A stretch of 64,000 bases of DNA from Salinivirgaceae bacterium (GTDB taxonomy: Bacteria > Bacteroidota > Bacteroidia > Bacteroidales > SZUA-534), in the NCBI GenBank assembly GCA_024405635.1, contig JAKSOL010000009.1:46491-110490 (forward strand), written 5' to 3'. Positions 63,473-64,000 of the stretch are shown here, piece after piece. Under the pieces are notes generated by a model. The model was not told where the DNA came from. It searched no databases and saw only the letters and a list, made by a program, of their open reading frames with translations. Both the position numbers and the translations under genes were made by a program. The stretch's first letter is position 1. Each line of letters opens with the position of its first letter.

Positions 63473-63515
63473 AAAAAAAGGCGTTACGTTTGCCAACTGG
63501 GCAAGCGTAACGCCT
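63473..63515 (-). terminator. Intrinsic terminator in the 5' leader of the T9SS/DGR-target genes
   Basis: Minus strand AGGCGTTACGCTTGCC-CAGTT-GGCAAACGTAACGCC followed by T7, ending 63 nt before the 63409 start codon. Confidence 0.8.
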
Positions 63516-63524
63516 CTATCTTTT

Positions 63525-63632
<108 letters not shown>

Positions 63633-63790
63633 TTTTTGTGATAACACAAAACAATTGGCACACAACATTTTAACATCGCAAACAAACAAATTGGGCATGT
63701 GTTTTTTGTATTATGGTTTCAAATATATTGAAAAAACAGCAACCACATGTAGATAATATGGAGTAATCTGACTTGCAGTTAGCATTTGTC

Positions 63791-63829
63791 CATTAGCACG
63801 TAAAACGTACAACGTATTACGTGCTAATG
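63791..63829. repeat. Perfect 13-bp inverted repeat
   Basis: cattagcacgtaa (63791-63803) and ttacgtgctaatg (63817-63829). Confidence 0.85.
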
Positions 63830-63935
63830 ATTAGGGTTTAAAGATAAATGATTAATACGGTGGTAAAACGTATTACTTACAACGTATAACCCACAACGTA
63901 AAACCTCCCCCAACAACACACCGCCTTCAGGGCAC

Positions 63936-63967
63936 AAAAATACCCCGACTCATTTCTGAATCGAGGT
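63936..63967 (-). terminator. Terminator downstream of the 5S rRNA
   Basis: Minus strand ACCTCGATTCA-GAAA-TGAGTCGGGGT followed by ATTTTT. Confidence 0.75.
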
Positions 63968-63977
63968 TTCAAAGATA

Positions 63978-64000
63978 GGCGGCGCCCTACTCTCCCGCTT
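63978..64000 (-). rRNA. rrf: 3' end of 5S rRNA (runs off the window)
   Basis: Minus strand GCGGGAGAGTAGGGCGCCGCC matches the conserved 5S 3' end GGGAGAGTAGGxCGCCGCC and is followed by a terminator. Only ~23 nt are visible. Confidence 0.75.

Overview
Mostly ordinary core chromosome from a Bacteroidota (Bacteroidales/Marinilabiliales-like) bacterium. It carries the tRNA cluster-tuf-tRNA(Trp)-secE-nusG-rplKAJL-rpoBC block, plus asd, recQ, menG, mazG, tcdA, rlmN, corA, leuA, mfd, a hybrid two-component system, an S46 peptidase, a BamA/TamA protein and the 3' tip of a 5S rRNA at the right edge. The last ~2.7 kb (61.3-63.9 kb, minus strand) is the unusual part. It contains a small T9SS cargo gene, then a secreted coiled-coil/C-type-lectin-fold protein whose 3' end has the codon signature of a diversity-generating retroelement (DGR) variable repeat, then a cruciform with a GGA triloop and a short MutS-domain-I-like ORF. 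I found no reverse transcriptase or template repeat in the window. Upstream of these genes, an (AC)28 tract lies inside a leader ORF, and the repeat count decides whether translation runs into an intrinsic terminator, which suggests a phase-variable attenuator. I also noticed candidate leader peptides before corA (MDDYPPER) and leuA (Leu-rich), and a candidate sRNA complementary to ATGAAAAAA start regions. All family calls come from recognising motifs by eye; no searches were run.
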